Position numbers and translations under genes: made by a program
The notes under the pieces: model-generated
Database searches by the model: none
What the model was told of the DNA's origin: nothing
What the model saw: the letters and a program-made list of their open reading frames with translations, nothing else
Assembly (NCBI GenBank): GCA_902773285.1
Contig: CACYDS010000009.1
Span: 1-37,996 of the forward strand
Direction: 5' to 3'
Origin: an uncultured Pseudomonadota bacterium
GTDB lineage: Bacteria > Pseudomonadota > Alphaproteobacteria > RUG11792
DNA length: 37,996 bases
In this document: one piece after another, positions 1-10,600 of the stretch
Layout: the number at the start of each line of letters is the position of its first letter
How positions within the stretch are numbered: position 1 is the first letter of the stretch

Positions 1-124
1 ATGCAAAAATGAAACAGATGTTAGAACTCTCAATAGCCCTATTTCTGCATAGCAGAGAACTTTTTTGTTAATTTGTTTGGCAATCCCTGAACGCTTTATC
101 CATGACAGAAATAGTTAGGACTTG

Positions 125-133
125 TGATATAAT
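125..133 (+). promoter_or_regulatory. Candidate extended -10 element (TGaTATAAT) upstream of gyrA
   Basis: The sequence tgatataat at 125-133 lies about 34 nt upstream of the gyrA ATG. No convincing -35 was seen. Confidence 0.3.
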
Positions 134-166
134 TACTTATCAGGCGTGGATTATTAATACAAAGCA

Positions 167-2827
167 ATGAGCGAAAAAAACGATATAGTGTCGGTATCTA
201 TAGAAGAGGAAGTTCAAAACTCGTATCTTGATTACGCGATGAGCGTGATAGTTTCGCGCGCAATTCCAGATGTTAGAGACGGACTAAAACCGGTGCATAG
301 GCGCATAATTCACGCAATGAATGAAACTAATAACCACTACAACAAGCCGTACCGCAAATCGGCTAGGGTAGTCGGCGAAGTGATGGGAAAATATCACCCG
401 CATGGGGATGCTGCGATTTATGATACTATGGTGCGATTGGCGCAGGATTTCAGCCTCAGAGTGCCGCTTGTAGATGGGCAGGGAAACTTTGGCTCTATGG
501 ATGGCGATTCTGCTGCGGCTCCTCGTTATACGGAAGCAAGGATGGCGCCTGTTGCTCATGAGTTGGTTTCGAATATCGATGAAGACACTGTAAATTTCGC
601 TCCAAACTACGACGGCACGATAATGGAGCCAATAGTACTTCCAGCAAAATTTCCGAACCTGTTAGTGAACGGATCTAATGGTATAGCTGTTGGAATGGCT
701 ACATATATACCAACTCATAACCTCGGAGAAGTCATAGATGCCTGTTGCGCCGTTTTAGATAATCCAGAACTTAGCACTGATGATTTGATAAGAGATTACA
801 TTCCAGGTCCCGATTTCCCAACTGGCGGGATTATAATGGGAAACGGAGGAATACGAAACGCATTCCATACTGGGCGCGGAACGGTTGTTGTTCGCGCCAA
901 AACCAGCATTGTAAAGGAACGTTGCGAAAAGGAAAGTATTATCGTTCACGAGATACCATACCAAGTGAATAAAGCGAAGTTAGTTGAGAGAATTGCTGAA
1001 TTAGTTAAAGATAAAACAGTTGAGGGAATAAGCGATATACGCGATGAATCTAATAAAGACGGCGTGAGGATCGTTATCGAATTACGTAAAGACGTTGTTG
1101 GAGAGGTAATTTTAAATCAGCTATTCAAGTTTACTCAGTTACAGACAAACTTAAGTTACAATATGGTCGCACTGGTTAAAAATCGTCCAGTGAAATTGTC
1201 ACTTCGCGAGATTATCGATAATTTCATTGATTTTAGACAAGAAGTAGTTATAAGACGTAGCAAATTTAATTTAAAGAAGTGCCGAGAAAAAGCACACGTA
1301 TTACTTGGATTTGGGTTAGCTATATCCAATATTGATAGAGTTATTCAAATAATCAGATCAGCTATAGACCGCGCTGAAGCGAAAGAAAACTTGATGGCAG
1401 AGGAGTTTAATGCTGAAAATATCAAGTCGCTTTTGGAATTAGTTGATGGATATTCTGAGAATGCAAAGACGTATAGGCTAACAGAAGAGCAAGCAAATGC
1501 AATTTTGGACTTGAGATTACATAAATTAACAGGGTTAGAAAGAGATAAGATACAAAGCGATTTGAATGAAGTCGTTGACCAAATAAATGAATTACTGGCG
1601 ATTTTGGGCTCAAAACAAAGGGTAATAGAAATTATAAAATCCGAAATGCGAGAGGTTAAAGAAAAATACAACACACCGAGATTAACTAAAATTGAACAAA
1701 CTTTTGAAAATGTCGAAGACGAAGATCTGATACAAAAAGAAGATATGGTAGTCACTTACACTATGGAGGGCTATATTAAGCGGGTGCCTCTTGCGACGTA
1801 CCGGTCTCAGAAACGTGGAGGACGTGGCAGAAATGGTATGGAGACTAAGGAAGAAGATATTGTTAAAAGCGTCATAATCGCGAACACACATGATGACGTT
1901 CTGTTCTTCACGAATGTCGGAAAAGTTTACAAGATGAAAGTATACAAACTTCCTATAGGTTCTCCAACATCAAAAGGCAGGGCGCTTGTTAATATGCTTT
2001 CAGTAGATGAAAATGAATCGATTGCTACGATTTTGACAGTGCGAAAAGATGAAGGATTAGATGATAAAACGCTGATTTTTACAACATCATTTGGAAATGT
2101 TCGCCGTAATAAATATCAGGATTTTGAAAATATCCAATCCAATGGGAAGCGCGCGATTACACTTGATGACGGGGAAAAATTGATTGATGTCAGATTTTGC
2201 GGAAATGACCAAGATGTTTTCCTAAGCACAAGAAACGGTATTTGCAACAGGTTTTCAGTAGATGATTTACGAATTTTTGCCGGCAGAAGCTCCAACGGGG
2301 TACGTGGTATAAAACTAAAGCCGGGAGATGAAGTCATCTCAATGGCTAACCTGGATAGATATGACCTTGAAAACGTTGAGGAGCGAGAAGAATATCTGAA
2401 AAACGCCGAAAGGTTAAGAAAACTTGTAAAGAAGGGCAAACTTGAAAATGGCGGAATTGTTGAAGACAGAATGACGATTTTGGCGCAAAATGAAAAGCTG
2501 ATATTGACAGTGACAGAAAATGGATTTGGAAAAATATCTTCATCTTACGACTATCGCTCGACAAGTCGCGGAACTCAGGGCTTTACAAATCTTGCAATAA
2601 CTTCGAAAAATGGCAAAGTTGTTGCATCATTTCCTGTGCGATACGATTCCCACATAATGATGGTTACGAACACCGGGAGAATTATGAGATGTTCCGTGGA
2701 AGAAATTAGAATAACCAGAAGACATTCACAGGGAGTCATACTCTTTAGATTGAATGACGGAGAATTCATTACTTCTTTGTCTGAAATTAACGAAACTACA
2801 GATACAGATGATGAAACGGAGGAATAG
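167..2827 (+). CDS. gyrA: DNA gyrase subunit A
   Basis: 886-aa ORF. The N-terminus YLDYAMSVIVSRAIPDVRDGLKPVHRRIIHAM and the HPHGD motif are classic GyrA. It has a C-terminal beta-pinwheel region and an acidic tail. Confidence 0.97.
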   Translation: MSEKNDIVSVSIEEEVQNSYLDYAMSVIVSRAIPDVRDGLKPVHRRIIHAMNETNNHYNKPYRKSARVVGEVMGKYHPHGDAAIYDTMVRLAQDFSLRVPLVDGQGNFGSMDGDSAAAPRYTEARMAPVAHELVSNIDEDTVNFAPNYDGTIMEPIVLPAKFPNLLVNGSNGIAVGMATYIPTHNLGEVIDACCAVLDNPELSTDDLIRDYIPGPDFPTGGIIMGNGGIRNAFHTGRGTVVVRAKTSIVKERCEKESIIVHEIPYQVNKAKLVERIAELVKDKTVEGISDIRDESNKDGVRIVIELRKDVVGEVILNQLFKFTQLQTNLSYNMVALVKNRPVKLSLREIIDNFIDFRQEVVIRRSKFNLKKCREKAHVLLGFGLAISNIDRVIQIIRSAIDRAEAKENLMAEEFNAENIKSLLELVDGYSENAKTYRLTEEQANAILDLRLHKLTGLERDKIQSDLNEVVDQINELLAILGSKQRVIEIIKSEMREVKEKYNTPRLTKIEQTFENVEDEDLIQKEDMVVTYTMEGYIKRVPLATYRSQKRGGRGRNGMETKEEDIVKSVIIANTHDDVLFFTNVGKVYKMKVYKLPIGSPTSKGRALVNMLSVDENESIATILTVRKDEGLDDKTLIFTTSFGNVRRNKYQDFENIQSNGKRAITLDDGEKLIDVRFCGNDQDVFLSTRNGICNRFSVDDLRIFAGRSSNGVRGIKLKPGDEVISMANLDRYDLENVEEREEYLKNAERLRKLVKKGKLENGGIVEDRMTILAQNEKLILTVTENGFGKISSSYDYRSTSRGTQGFTNLAITSKNGKVVASFPVRYDSHIMMVTNTGRIMRCSVEEIRITRRHSQGVILFRLNDGEFITSLSEINETTDTDDETEE

Positions 2828-2839
2828 TTTGCTAGGGAA

Positions 2840-3922
2840 ATGTTTACGATAGCCTTCAGATATATATTCAAAAGACTTGTAGTAACATTTTTCGTGGTTT
2901 CTCCAATCATTGTTTTTATGGCATGGATTGCGATGTCAATAAAATACATCGGATTGATTGCCTCTGGAGGTATTTCATTAACAACGTTTTTGAAGTTAAT
3001 TTTGTGTATATCCCCAGGCGTTTGCGGAATAATTTTTCCTGTATGTTTTTTGTTGTCAGCAGTAATCGCCATTTATGGTTTGCAATCAAATAAGGAGCTT
3101 ACAGTGTTTTTGAGCTCTGGAAAAAGTCCACTGTCTGTTTTGGTTCCAATTTTGTTTTGGGGATGTTGCATAGCTGGGCTTGTCACTTTTTGCAATACCA
3201 TAGGCGCGCCGCATGCCTATAAAAAGTTCGAAACTCTGAGAGAGAAAATATATACTGAAGTTTCGACAAATTTTCTAAAGGCACAATCATTTAATCTCGT
3301 TGGAGATTCGGTTATATATGTTGGTTCTCGTAATCATAATTCTGTAAATAACATATTCATATTTCATCTTTCCAAAAAAGACAATGCAATTATGAATATA
3401 ATAACTGCCAGGCATAGCTCTCTTATACACAGCGGTAACAATATATTGGTGCAACTGGACAATGGATGTAGGCAAGAAATCGATAAAAATGACGACATAG
3501 TGTCCACGTTAACGTTTGATAGCCTTACGTATGATATAACGCAATTTTTCCAAAGTTCTTATAAAAAATCCTCAAAGGTAAAACATAAGACACAATCGGA
3601 ATTGTTGCAAATTGCTCGGCATAGTCCGGAGAAAAAAGTGAGACAAAATTGTTTGGCAGAATATCATTCCAGAATATTGATTTCATTTTCTTCGATAATA
3701 AATGCTCTAATTGTCGGGATATTTTTGATATGTACTCGGGAACGCGCTCGTGGTAGCAAAGACGCAATATTAGCGTTTTCATTTGGAATAATCAGCCATG
3801 TTTGCCTCATGGTCTTGATGAATTTAGCAACAAAAAATAATAATTTAATAATTTTTAATTACACGGCAGTAAGCTTAGTTATCCTATTTCTCTACGTGTT
3901 TTTCGTACAAAGAAGGACTTAG
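2840..3922 (+). CDS. lptF: LPS export ABC permease, LptF/LptG (YjgP/YjgQ) family
   Basis: 360-aa polytopic membrane protein with the N-terminal FRYIFKR pattern and a central periplasmic domain. It is followed directly by a paralogue, as in lptFG pairs. Confidence 0.75.
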   Translation: MFTIAFRYIFKRLVVTFFVVSPIIVFMAWIAMSIKYIGLIASGGISLTTFLKLILCISPGVCGIIFPVCFLLSAVIAIYGLQSNKELTVFLSSGKSPLSVLVPILFWGCCIAGLVTFCNTIGAPHAYKKFETLREKIYTEVSTNFLKAQSFNLVGDSVIYVGSRNHNSVNNIFIFHLSKKDNAIMNIITARHSSLIHSGNNILVQLDNGCRQEIDKNDDIVSTLTFDSLTYDITQFFQSSYKKSSKVKHKTQSELLQIARHSPEKKVRQNCLAEYHSRILISFSSIINALIVGIFLICTRERARGSKDAILAFSFGIISHVCLMVLMNLATKNNNLIIFNYTAVSLVILFLYVFFVQRRT

Positions 3923-3924
3923 CA

Positions 3925-5010
3925 ATGTTTTCAACGCTAACGAAATACATCATAAAGAATTTTATCAAGAGTTTCATAGTTGTATTTTTATGTTTCTACG
4001 TAATCATCTCGCTTCTAGAGTTAATGGATGCTGTTCGACAATACTTTTCCGCAGGATATTCTCCATCGGTAACTCAAATTATGAAAATCACATTATGTCG
4101 TGCAACTGTGACAATTTGCACGTGCTTTTCATTTGCGGTATTGTTTGCAACAGTGATATTTTTCACAACGATGCACAACCATCTCGAGCTCAATATTATA
4201 AAAGGATCGGGTGCATCACCATATAAAATTCTACGTATGCTTTTTGTTGCGGTCTCTATCTTAAGCCTATCTTACATATCGGTTTTTGATACCTTATCCG
4301 TTTATTCATATAGAACGCAGGATATCAGCCTTGCAAAGCCACAATCTAAAGGTGAGAATTTAAGCGTTACCAGTAAAGGAATATGGTTTCGGGATATATG
4401 TGATAACAAATCTTACATAATTTATGCAAGGAATTTTGATCGTATCACTACTTCTTTGAATGGGATTAGAGTTTTTGAATTTGATGAGAAAGGCAACTTC
4501 GTAAATACGATACTGGCTCATTCCGCATTGATCAAGGATAACGTTTGGTATATACAACGTTGCAAAATAATTACGCGTAGTGGAGATACGATCAAGCAGG
4601 ATGTACATACATTGCCAACAAAACTTTCGTATAAAACAATTAACAAAATGGTGGCTGATCCTCACAGTATTTCTTTCTGGAAAATTATGAAATTAGCGAA
4701 TCTTCTTGAAAAAGTTGGTTTATCAAGTAGATCTTATCAGATGCACTGGTTTTTGCGCATATCTACGATATTACAAATATTTGCATTTGTAGCGATAGCT
4801 GCAGCATTTCTTATGCGGTATAACCATCGCGATCGTAAGCCGTATGTTCAAAAAGCCTCAGCTCTTATTGCCTGCGCCTTCCCTCTGCATTTTATCAATA
4901 ACATCATCCTCGCATACGGCGAGAATGGGGCTATGCCACTCTCAGTCTCAACTTTCCTAGTTCCAATAGCCACTTTGCTTGCGGGGATATTATTTCTGAA
5001 TGAAACGTAA
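3925..5010 (+). CDS. lptG: LPS export ABC permease, LptF/LptG family
   Basis: 361 aa. The N-terminal LTKYIIKNFIKSF pattern and the TM - periplasmic domain - TM layout fit the family. The start lies 2 nt after the lptF stop. Confidence 0.75.
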   Translation: MFSTLTKYIIKNFIKSFIVVFLCFYVIISLLELMDAVRQYFSAGYSPSVTQIMKITLCRATVTICTCFSFAVLFATVIFFTTMHNHLELNIIKGSGASPYKILRMLFVAVSILSLSYISVFDTLSVYSYRTQDISLAKPQSKGENLSVTSKGIWFRDICDNKSYIIYARNFDRITTSLNGIRVFEFDEKGNFVNTILAHSALIKDNVWYIQRCKIITRSGDTIKQDVHTLPTKLSYKTINKMVADPHSISFWKIMKLANLLEKVGLSSRSYQMHWFLRISTILQIFAFVAIAAAFLMRYNHRDRKPYVQKASALIACAFPLHFINNIILAYGENGAMPLSVSTFLVPIATLLAGILFLNET

Positions 5011-5023
5011 TTGATACTCCAGT

Positions 5024-5806
5024 CTAGTTCCCAACTGAAAATTTAACACCTATTGTATTGCAACCACAATCAACATGGATGATTTCGCCTGTAATTCCAG
5101 AAGCCAGATCGCTTAGCAAAAATGTACAAGCAGAGCCCACATCCTCACGTGTCACATTACGCTTCAACGGAGAACGATGTCTCTCGTATTCTAAAATTTT
5201 AGAAAATTCACCAACTCCAGATGCGGCAAGTGTTTTTATTGGGCCGGCAGAAATAGCGTTTACTCTAATCCCGAATTCTCCAAGGTCATCAGCTAGGTAT
5301 CTTACGCTAGTTTCAAGCGCAGATTTAGCCAAAGCCATTACGTTATAATTCGGAACCACTTTTTCGGCTCCATAGTATGTCATAGTTGCAAGAGCACCAC
5401 CGTGAGGCATCAATTTTTGCGCATATTTACAAACTTCAGTAAACGAAAAACACGAAACATTCATTGCATTTAAAAAATTTGCTCGAGAAGTATTGCAGTA
5501 TTTCCCGGTAAGTTCATTTTTGTCAGAGAAAGCTATTGAATGTACAATGAAATCAATTTCCCCCATCTCATCCGCAATTTTATTGAAAGTTTGTTCGATT
5601 TCCCCATCTTTCGATACGTCACACAAGAAGACATTGTGACCTCCGAAATCTCTAGCTATATCGGAAATTTTATCCTTAAAATACTCTGTTTGCGCCGTGA
5701 AAATTAGTTCTGCTCCCTGTTTTCTAAGTGCTTCGGAAATGCCGTAAGCTATAGAAAATTTATTTGCGAGCCCCATTATCAGGCCCCTTTTCCCCTGCAT
5801 AATCAT
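5024..5806 (-). CDS. fabI: Enoyl-ACP reductase (NADH) FabI
   Basis: GKRGLIMGLANKFSIAYGI N-terminus, SDR fold, and Y..M..K-type region (YNVMALAKSALE). The ORF track starts at a TTG at 5809. ATG codons at 5806 and 5800 are more likely starts. Confidence 0.92.
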   Translation of the reverse strand: MIMQGKRGLIMGLANKFSIAYGISEALRKQGAELIFTAQTEYFKDKISDIARDFGGHNVFLCDVSKDGEIEQTFNKIADEMGEIDFIVHSIAFSDKNELTGKYCNTSRANFLNAMNVSCFSFTEVCKYAQKLMPHGGALATMTYYGAEKVVPNYNVMALAKSALETSVRYLADDLGEFGIRVNAISAGPIKTLAASGVGEFSKILEYERHRSPLKRNVTREDVGSACTFLLSDLASGITGEIIHVDCGCNTIGVKFSVGN

Positions 5807-5950
5807 CAAACAAAACTTTCAATAAATCATTAATACTCAAATCGTATTAAAAATTAAGCATTCTTTCAATGTTTTGTGGCGATGATTAACGGAAAATTAA
5901 TCTTTATTGGATACCATTTCGATATGAATCTGAGTACAGTTACTTGAGTT

Positions 5951-6613
5951 ATGGCGAATTTGGGAGCAACGAGTTTGAGACATTACATGTCCGGCATTGA
6001 CGGTACAATTCCCGGAATTGGTGGATGTCCTTTTGATATGGATAAGTTGCAAAACGACTATGTCAATGGAGCGATAACCCCAAACAGAATAATTCACTTT
6101 ACAGGGGATGAGCTAAAGACAGACGTCAAAATGTCGCTTTCACCATTGAACGACTATGGCAATAAGGATCATGAAGTTCTTGATGTTATCGCTTGTTCTG
6201 GCTTTTACGAAACGTCGACTCTTAGTTTTAGAATACCAAATCTGCATAAGCCTGGTGCTGCTCGAGCCTCAGATGTTTGGGTTGTTATTCCGCAGAATAT
6301 CATTGTGCCGCAGTTAGTGAAAAAACTGCATCAGGGGGCTATTGATGGTATATACATCGCTACTTTATCATTCCTAAATGCTGGTGATGAAGATAAGCCG
6401 CAAGTCACTCAGGTGCATGACTATACAAGCTGTTTTATAAAATTTGTAGATTCGTTGAGCTATGGAGCCCTAGCAGTATTTGCATTTTCATTTGTCAGAT
6501 TAAAGATAACACAGCATGACTATAAGCAAATAAGTGAAAAAGGAGCTAATGGAGCGGGCGGACAATATGTCTACGAATTTGATTATAACGCAGCTCTTGG
6601 AAAAAAAGGGTAA
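5951..6613 (+). CDS. hcp: Divergent Hcp-like (type VI secretion tube) protein with an extra ~50-aa N-proximal insertion
   Basis: By eye it aligns to Hcp1-type sequences as I remember them. EVLDVIACSGF matches EEIDVLAWSWG. SDVWVVIPQNIIVPQLVKKLHQGAIDGIYIATLSFLNAG matches the DKSTPxL...G...L.IRKAG segment. The C-terminal FSFVRLKITQHDYKQISEKGANGAGGQYVYEFDYN matches LNFAQVQVDYQPQKADG...YGWN. An alternative start is the ATG at 5987 (MSGIDG). Confidence 0.6.
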   Translation: MANLGATSLRHYMSGIDGTIPGIGGCPFDMDKLQNDYVNGAITPNRIIHFTGDELKTDVKMSLSPLNDYGNKDHEVLDVIACSGFYETSTLSFRIPNLHKPGAARASDVWVVIPQNIIVPQLVKKLHQGAIDGIYIATLSFLNAGDEDKPQVTQVHDYTSCFIKFVDSLSYGALAVFAFSFVRLKITQHDYKQISEKGANGAGGQYVYEFDYNAALGKKG

Positions 6614-6618
6614 GCGAA

Positions 6619-7404
6619 TCATTCGCGCAAAAGTTCATTGAGACTCGTCTTGCTTCTGGTTTTTGCATCATTTTTTTTAACTATCACAGCGCAAGATATG
6701 TTAATTCCGCTCTTGCTTGGATAGGTCCCAGGAACTACGACAGAACCAGCTGGCACAACTCCGTATACAATTTCTCCGCTCTCTCGATCGATAATCTTGG
6801 TCGAAGCTGAAATTGATACGCCGGAGGCTATAACTGAATTTTCTTCAACGATGACCCCTTCTAGAATTGAACTATGTACCCCAATGAAACAATTGGCTTC
6901 AATAATCACTGGCCTTGCGCAGGCGGGTTCTAACACACCCCCAATAACGGATGACGCTGCGATATGACAATTTTTCTCAATTTGTGCGCACGAGCCAATC
7001 GTTGCATTGATATCAATCATTGTCCTTTCGCCAATATACGCGCCTACATTTATATAGCTAGGCATTACAACCGCGTTATCTCCGATATAAACTCCATCTC
7101 TAATTACGGCCAGGGGCACCTTTCTATATCGTGGATTATTATAATCATACGCCAAAAGCCCCAATTTGTCATAGCAATCAAAATTCTGCCGCATAGCCAA
7201 CTTTGTTTTAAAAGCTAGCAATATCGCCTCTTTTACCCATTGATTAACTATCCAACTTTTACCTATTTTTTCCGCTACGCGTATCTCGCCGGCATTCAGC
7301 AATTCAAAAATTTCATCTATAACTTGATTTACACGATCATCCGGAAGTTCGCCAATGCAGCATTTTTTTACTAATTCTTCATAACTGTTGAGCATATTGG
7401 GCAA
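6619..7404 (-). CDS. dapD: 2,3,4,5-tetrahydropyridine-2,6-dicarboxylate N-succinyltransferase
   Basis: 261 aa. It has an N-terminal helical domain followed by left-handed beta-helix hexapeptide repeats (IGDNAVVMPSYINVGAYIGERTMID...). Confidence 0.88.
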   Translation of the reverse strand: MPNMLNSYEELVKKCCIGELPDDRVNQVIDEIFELLNAGEIRVAEKIGKSWIVNQWVKEAILLAFKTKLAMRQNFDCYDKLGLLAYDYNNPRYRKVPLAVIRDGVYIGDNAVVMPSYINVGAYIGERTMIDINATIGSCAQIEKNCHIAASSVIGGVLEPACARPVIIEANCFIGVHSSILEGVIVEENSVIASGVSISASTKIIDRESGEIVYGVVPAGSVVVPGTYPSKSGINISCAVIVKKNDAKTRSKTSLNELLRE

Positions 7405-7673
7405 AATACTTACTACTCATTCTGACATTTTATCATATCCATCGCTCATCCAAATCAACTATGTATTTGGCTTAGACTTATCGCATTTAATCAAATCCAT
7501 AATGTTCCCTAAAAAACAACTAACTCGTGCAGCTATATCAAATTGCTAAAGTGGATCTTTCTTTATTTGTTTTGGAATAGCAAAATTTTTTCACGGGTTA
7601 ACATAATTTTAATAAATTCCCAATAGGCTAGGAAATAGAACGAGGAATACAAAGAGATGCTGGGGAGGATCTC

Positions 7674-10600
7674 ATGTCACGTACGTATCGATTACTGATT
7701 ATAATTTTATTGGGAATGTTACCAATATATCAGGCAGATGCTGGGGATAGTACGGATACAGAAGAAGTGGCTGGGAATTCATCAGAGGAATCGGAAGAGC
7801 CTGTCGAGCCTCAATTGTATGATTTTCATGATATTCTAACTCTAGAAGAAGGGTCGCAGGTGATTTTTGGCACCGGATTGTTTCGGAGTACGTCCGGACT
7901 TGTTAACTATACCAATAAGGTACAATTGCGTCCCAATTCAACATTGACGTTACGAGCTGGCGATGGAGAAAACACCGGAGTGTTCCACAATTATGGAAGA
8001 TGTGAGATGTATAAAAATTCCAAAATAACTGGCGGAGGAACGATTTTTGAACATGGACGGTTTGAAGATGACAATGCAAACAATGTCCGAGCATCTCAAA
8101 ATAAAGCTGATTATGAGCGAGGATACATAATTGACTACTACGATACTCAACAAGACCTCACGACAGATCAAGAAATTCAGAATGCCGCTTATTACGATTT
8201 AGTGAATAATGAAGATGCGCCTATACGAAAATTTAAGATTTATTACATGGGGTGTGGCATATTCACCACTTCTAAAGAACTCGGAGATCCTAGTATTCAG
8301 GCAACTGATTTTGCTGAAATTACTGATTCAATGAGGGGAACAGACAACCAGGGAAAAATAGATTCAAGTATCATCTTTAAAAGGGATGCCCTTGATTTCA
8401 ATCAAACAGCCGGCTCCATTGATACAGCTTACGATTTGAGAACGCTGTCAAATGACTATGGTTCGTTGGGAACGATACACATTTCTGACCAAACAGATGA
8501 TATTAAATCATCGTTCTTTTCAATACGTGGATTTGATACTGAAGACGCCGGGCATGACTGCTCAGGGACAGACGGCTCCACATATTTTAAATTTGGACGA
8601 AATTTAGACAGAGATGTTTGGGTTCCAAAGGTTGATGATAAGGTTGTGCTAGGAAAAACAATGCCAGACACAGAAAATGCCGCCGCATATGAGCAGGACA
8701 TTATGGATACGCTGAACACAAGTGCCGAAAACAATGACAATCTCTTTGCGTATAAGGATTGGGAGCCAAATGATCCAGTGACAACTTATCACGGAGACAA
8801 TTCGTGGTTTAATGGTGTTTATAAGTTGAAACGCGGAGCCATTATCGTAAAAAATACAGCAGGAATGTTTGGTGGACGAGTTGAGCTCGGAGATGCGGAT
8901 GTATACGAGAGCCCTACGGGAGCTGGCACTGGAACTTTGGCATTACATAGAGATTTAGTTGCAGGTAACGAAGATGCAAAAAATTTCATAAAAAATGTGA
9001 GGCCTACTGAATTTGAGTGGGAAGGTGGCGCGAAAGATGAATACAACAAGCCTGACATCTATATGAACGGTAACTCTACACTTTTCTTCAATTTGCAACC
9101 AGACCAAAACGGAAATCAGATATTTTCATTCTATGGAAACATAACTGGCACTGAACGAGATAGGCTGATATTTGAACAAGGAGAAGTCAGAATTAAGGGA
9201 GATTGCTCTGGCTTTAAAGGTAGCATTGCAGTGACTCCAGGGGCTAAGTTTGAAGTGAGAAGTAGCGATGCCGGAAGTAGTAGTACATACCAGGGAAAGT
9301 TTCCGAATGCGAATATATACCAAGTTTATGGCGCAGATGCTGGAGAAAATGCAGGAAAGTTTGTGACAAATCCGACAGCGGTAACGTCAGTAGATACTGC
9401 TACTATGGAGAATGTCACGATAAATAACGGTATCATGGAGCTGAACAATGCCGGCAGTGAAGATGGCGGGAAGATTACCTTAAAGAGCGCAAATATTGAA
9501 AGCACGGCGATGACGACATTGAACGATGAATCTAATATTAAAGATACAGTGATAAGAGGGGTGCTCGTTGCAAAAGGCGATATGACTGTCGAGAATACGA
9601 CTTTGGAAGGAGGTGTGCTCGTTCTAGACAATGCAACTTTGACAACAGATAACATGACGGCAGGATCTACGATTGCAAGTTGGGGAAATGGGAACTACAG
9701 GGATGTAGTAAATATTGGAGCTAACGTTGGTGCAGGAGCAGGGTATTTCCGCATTACTCAGCAGCATACTTTGAAGTTGTTTTCGGACTACAACGTTACT
9801 ACTGGCGAAGCTGATTACATAAATGTTGCTAACTCGGTTGCTAATATACAAACAGCTGGTGGTATAGCCGTCGCTGGTATGAACTTCAATGAAATGCCGA
9901 CAAATGACCAATATGTATTTAAGATATATGATGGTGCCGGTCACACAGATAATATGCCTGTTACCATCGGTGGCTCATACAATGGTGGCGATCCTGTATT
10001 TGATGTATATGTCAATGGGACTTTTAATCCGACTAATACCAATCCCATAAATGGTATAAACGCCGGTGGAATTGATAATGTAGGAGATACCAAATTAGAC
10101 TATAACGTTACAAATAATGCACAGAAAGTTACGACATACTTAGATAACGGCGTGCGCATTCTGGAATTCGGCAATGGAAACATATATAAAGTCGAAGGCC
10201 AGTCCGCTGGGCGATATGGAAATGTTGTTCTTACGAAATATCTTACCGATAGATCCGTTGTTGCGGACGTTGTCCAAAGTGGCGCCATTAGCTCTATTGC
10301 GCTAAACATTGGAGATACAATATCTGATGCAGATGACATTTTAAACTCATCGATTTTCTCAAATAGTGAAGCTGCCTTGTTAGATTCTGAGGTAAAAACG
10401 CGAGGAACTTCTGGCGGCACTTCATCCACAAACGAAGAATCCCAAACAGAGAAGCATCATAGAAATGATGCATTACCGCTTTCAGAGAAAAAAACTAAAA
10501 AATATAGGATTTGGAACAAAACTTTTGGAGAGCATGACGCAATTGACTTGCGAGGAAGTAGCAATATGAGCATGAATGAAGCAGGAACAATTCTAGGATT

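Noticed and set aside
284-2564. Multiple minus-strand ORFs (284-559, 755-964, 1345-1755, 1422-1613, 1682-1891, 2116-2439, 2346-2564) inside gyrA
   Set aside because: They are antisense to a high-confidence gyrA frame, have low-complexity Ser/Phe/Ile-rich translations and carry no motifs. These are typical shadow ORFs.
2575-3072. 165-aa minus-strand ORF spanning the gyrA/lptF junction
   Set aside because: It overlaps two well-supported plus-strand genes, and its composition is that of an antisense shadow ORF.
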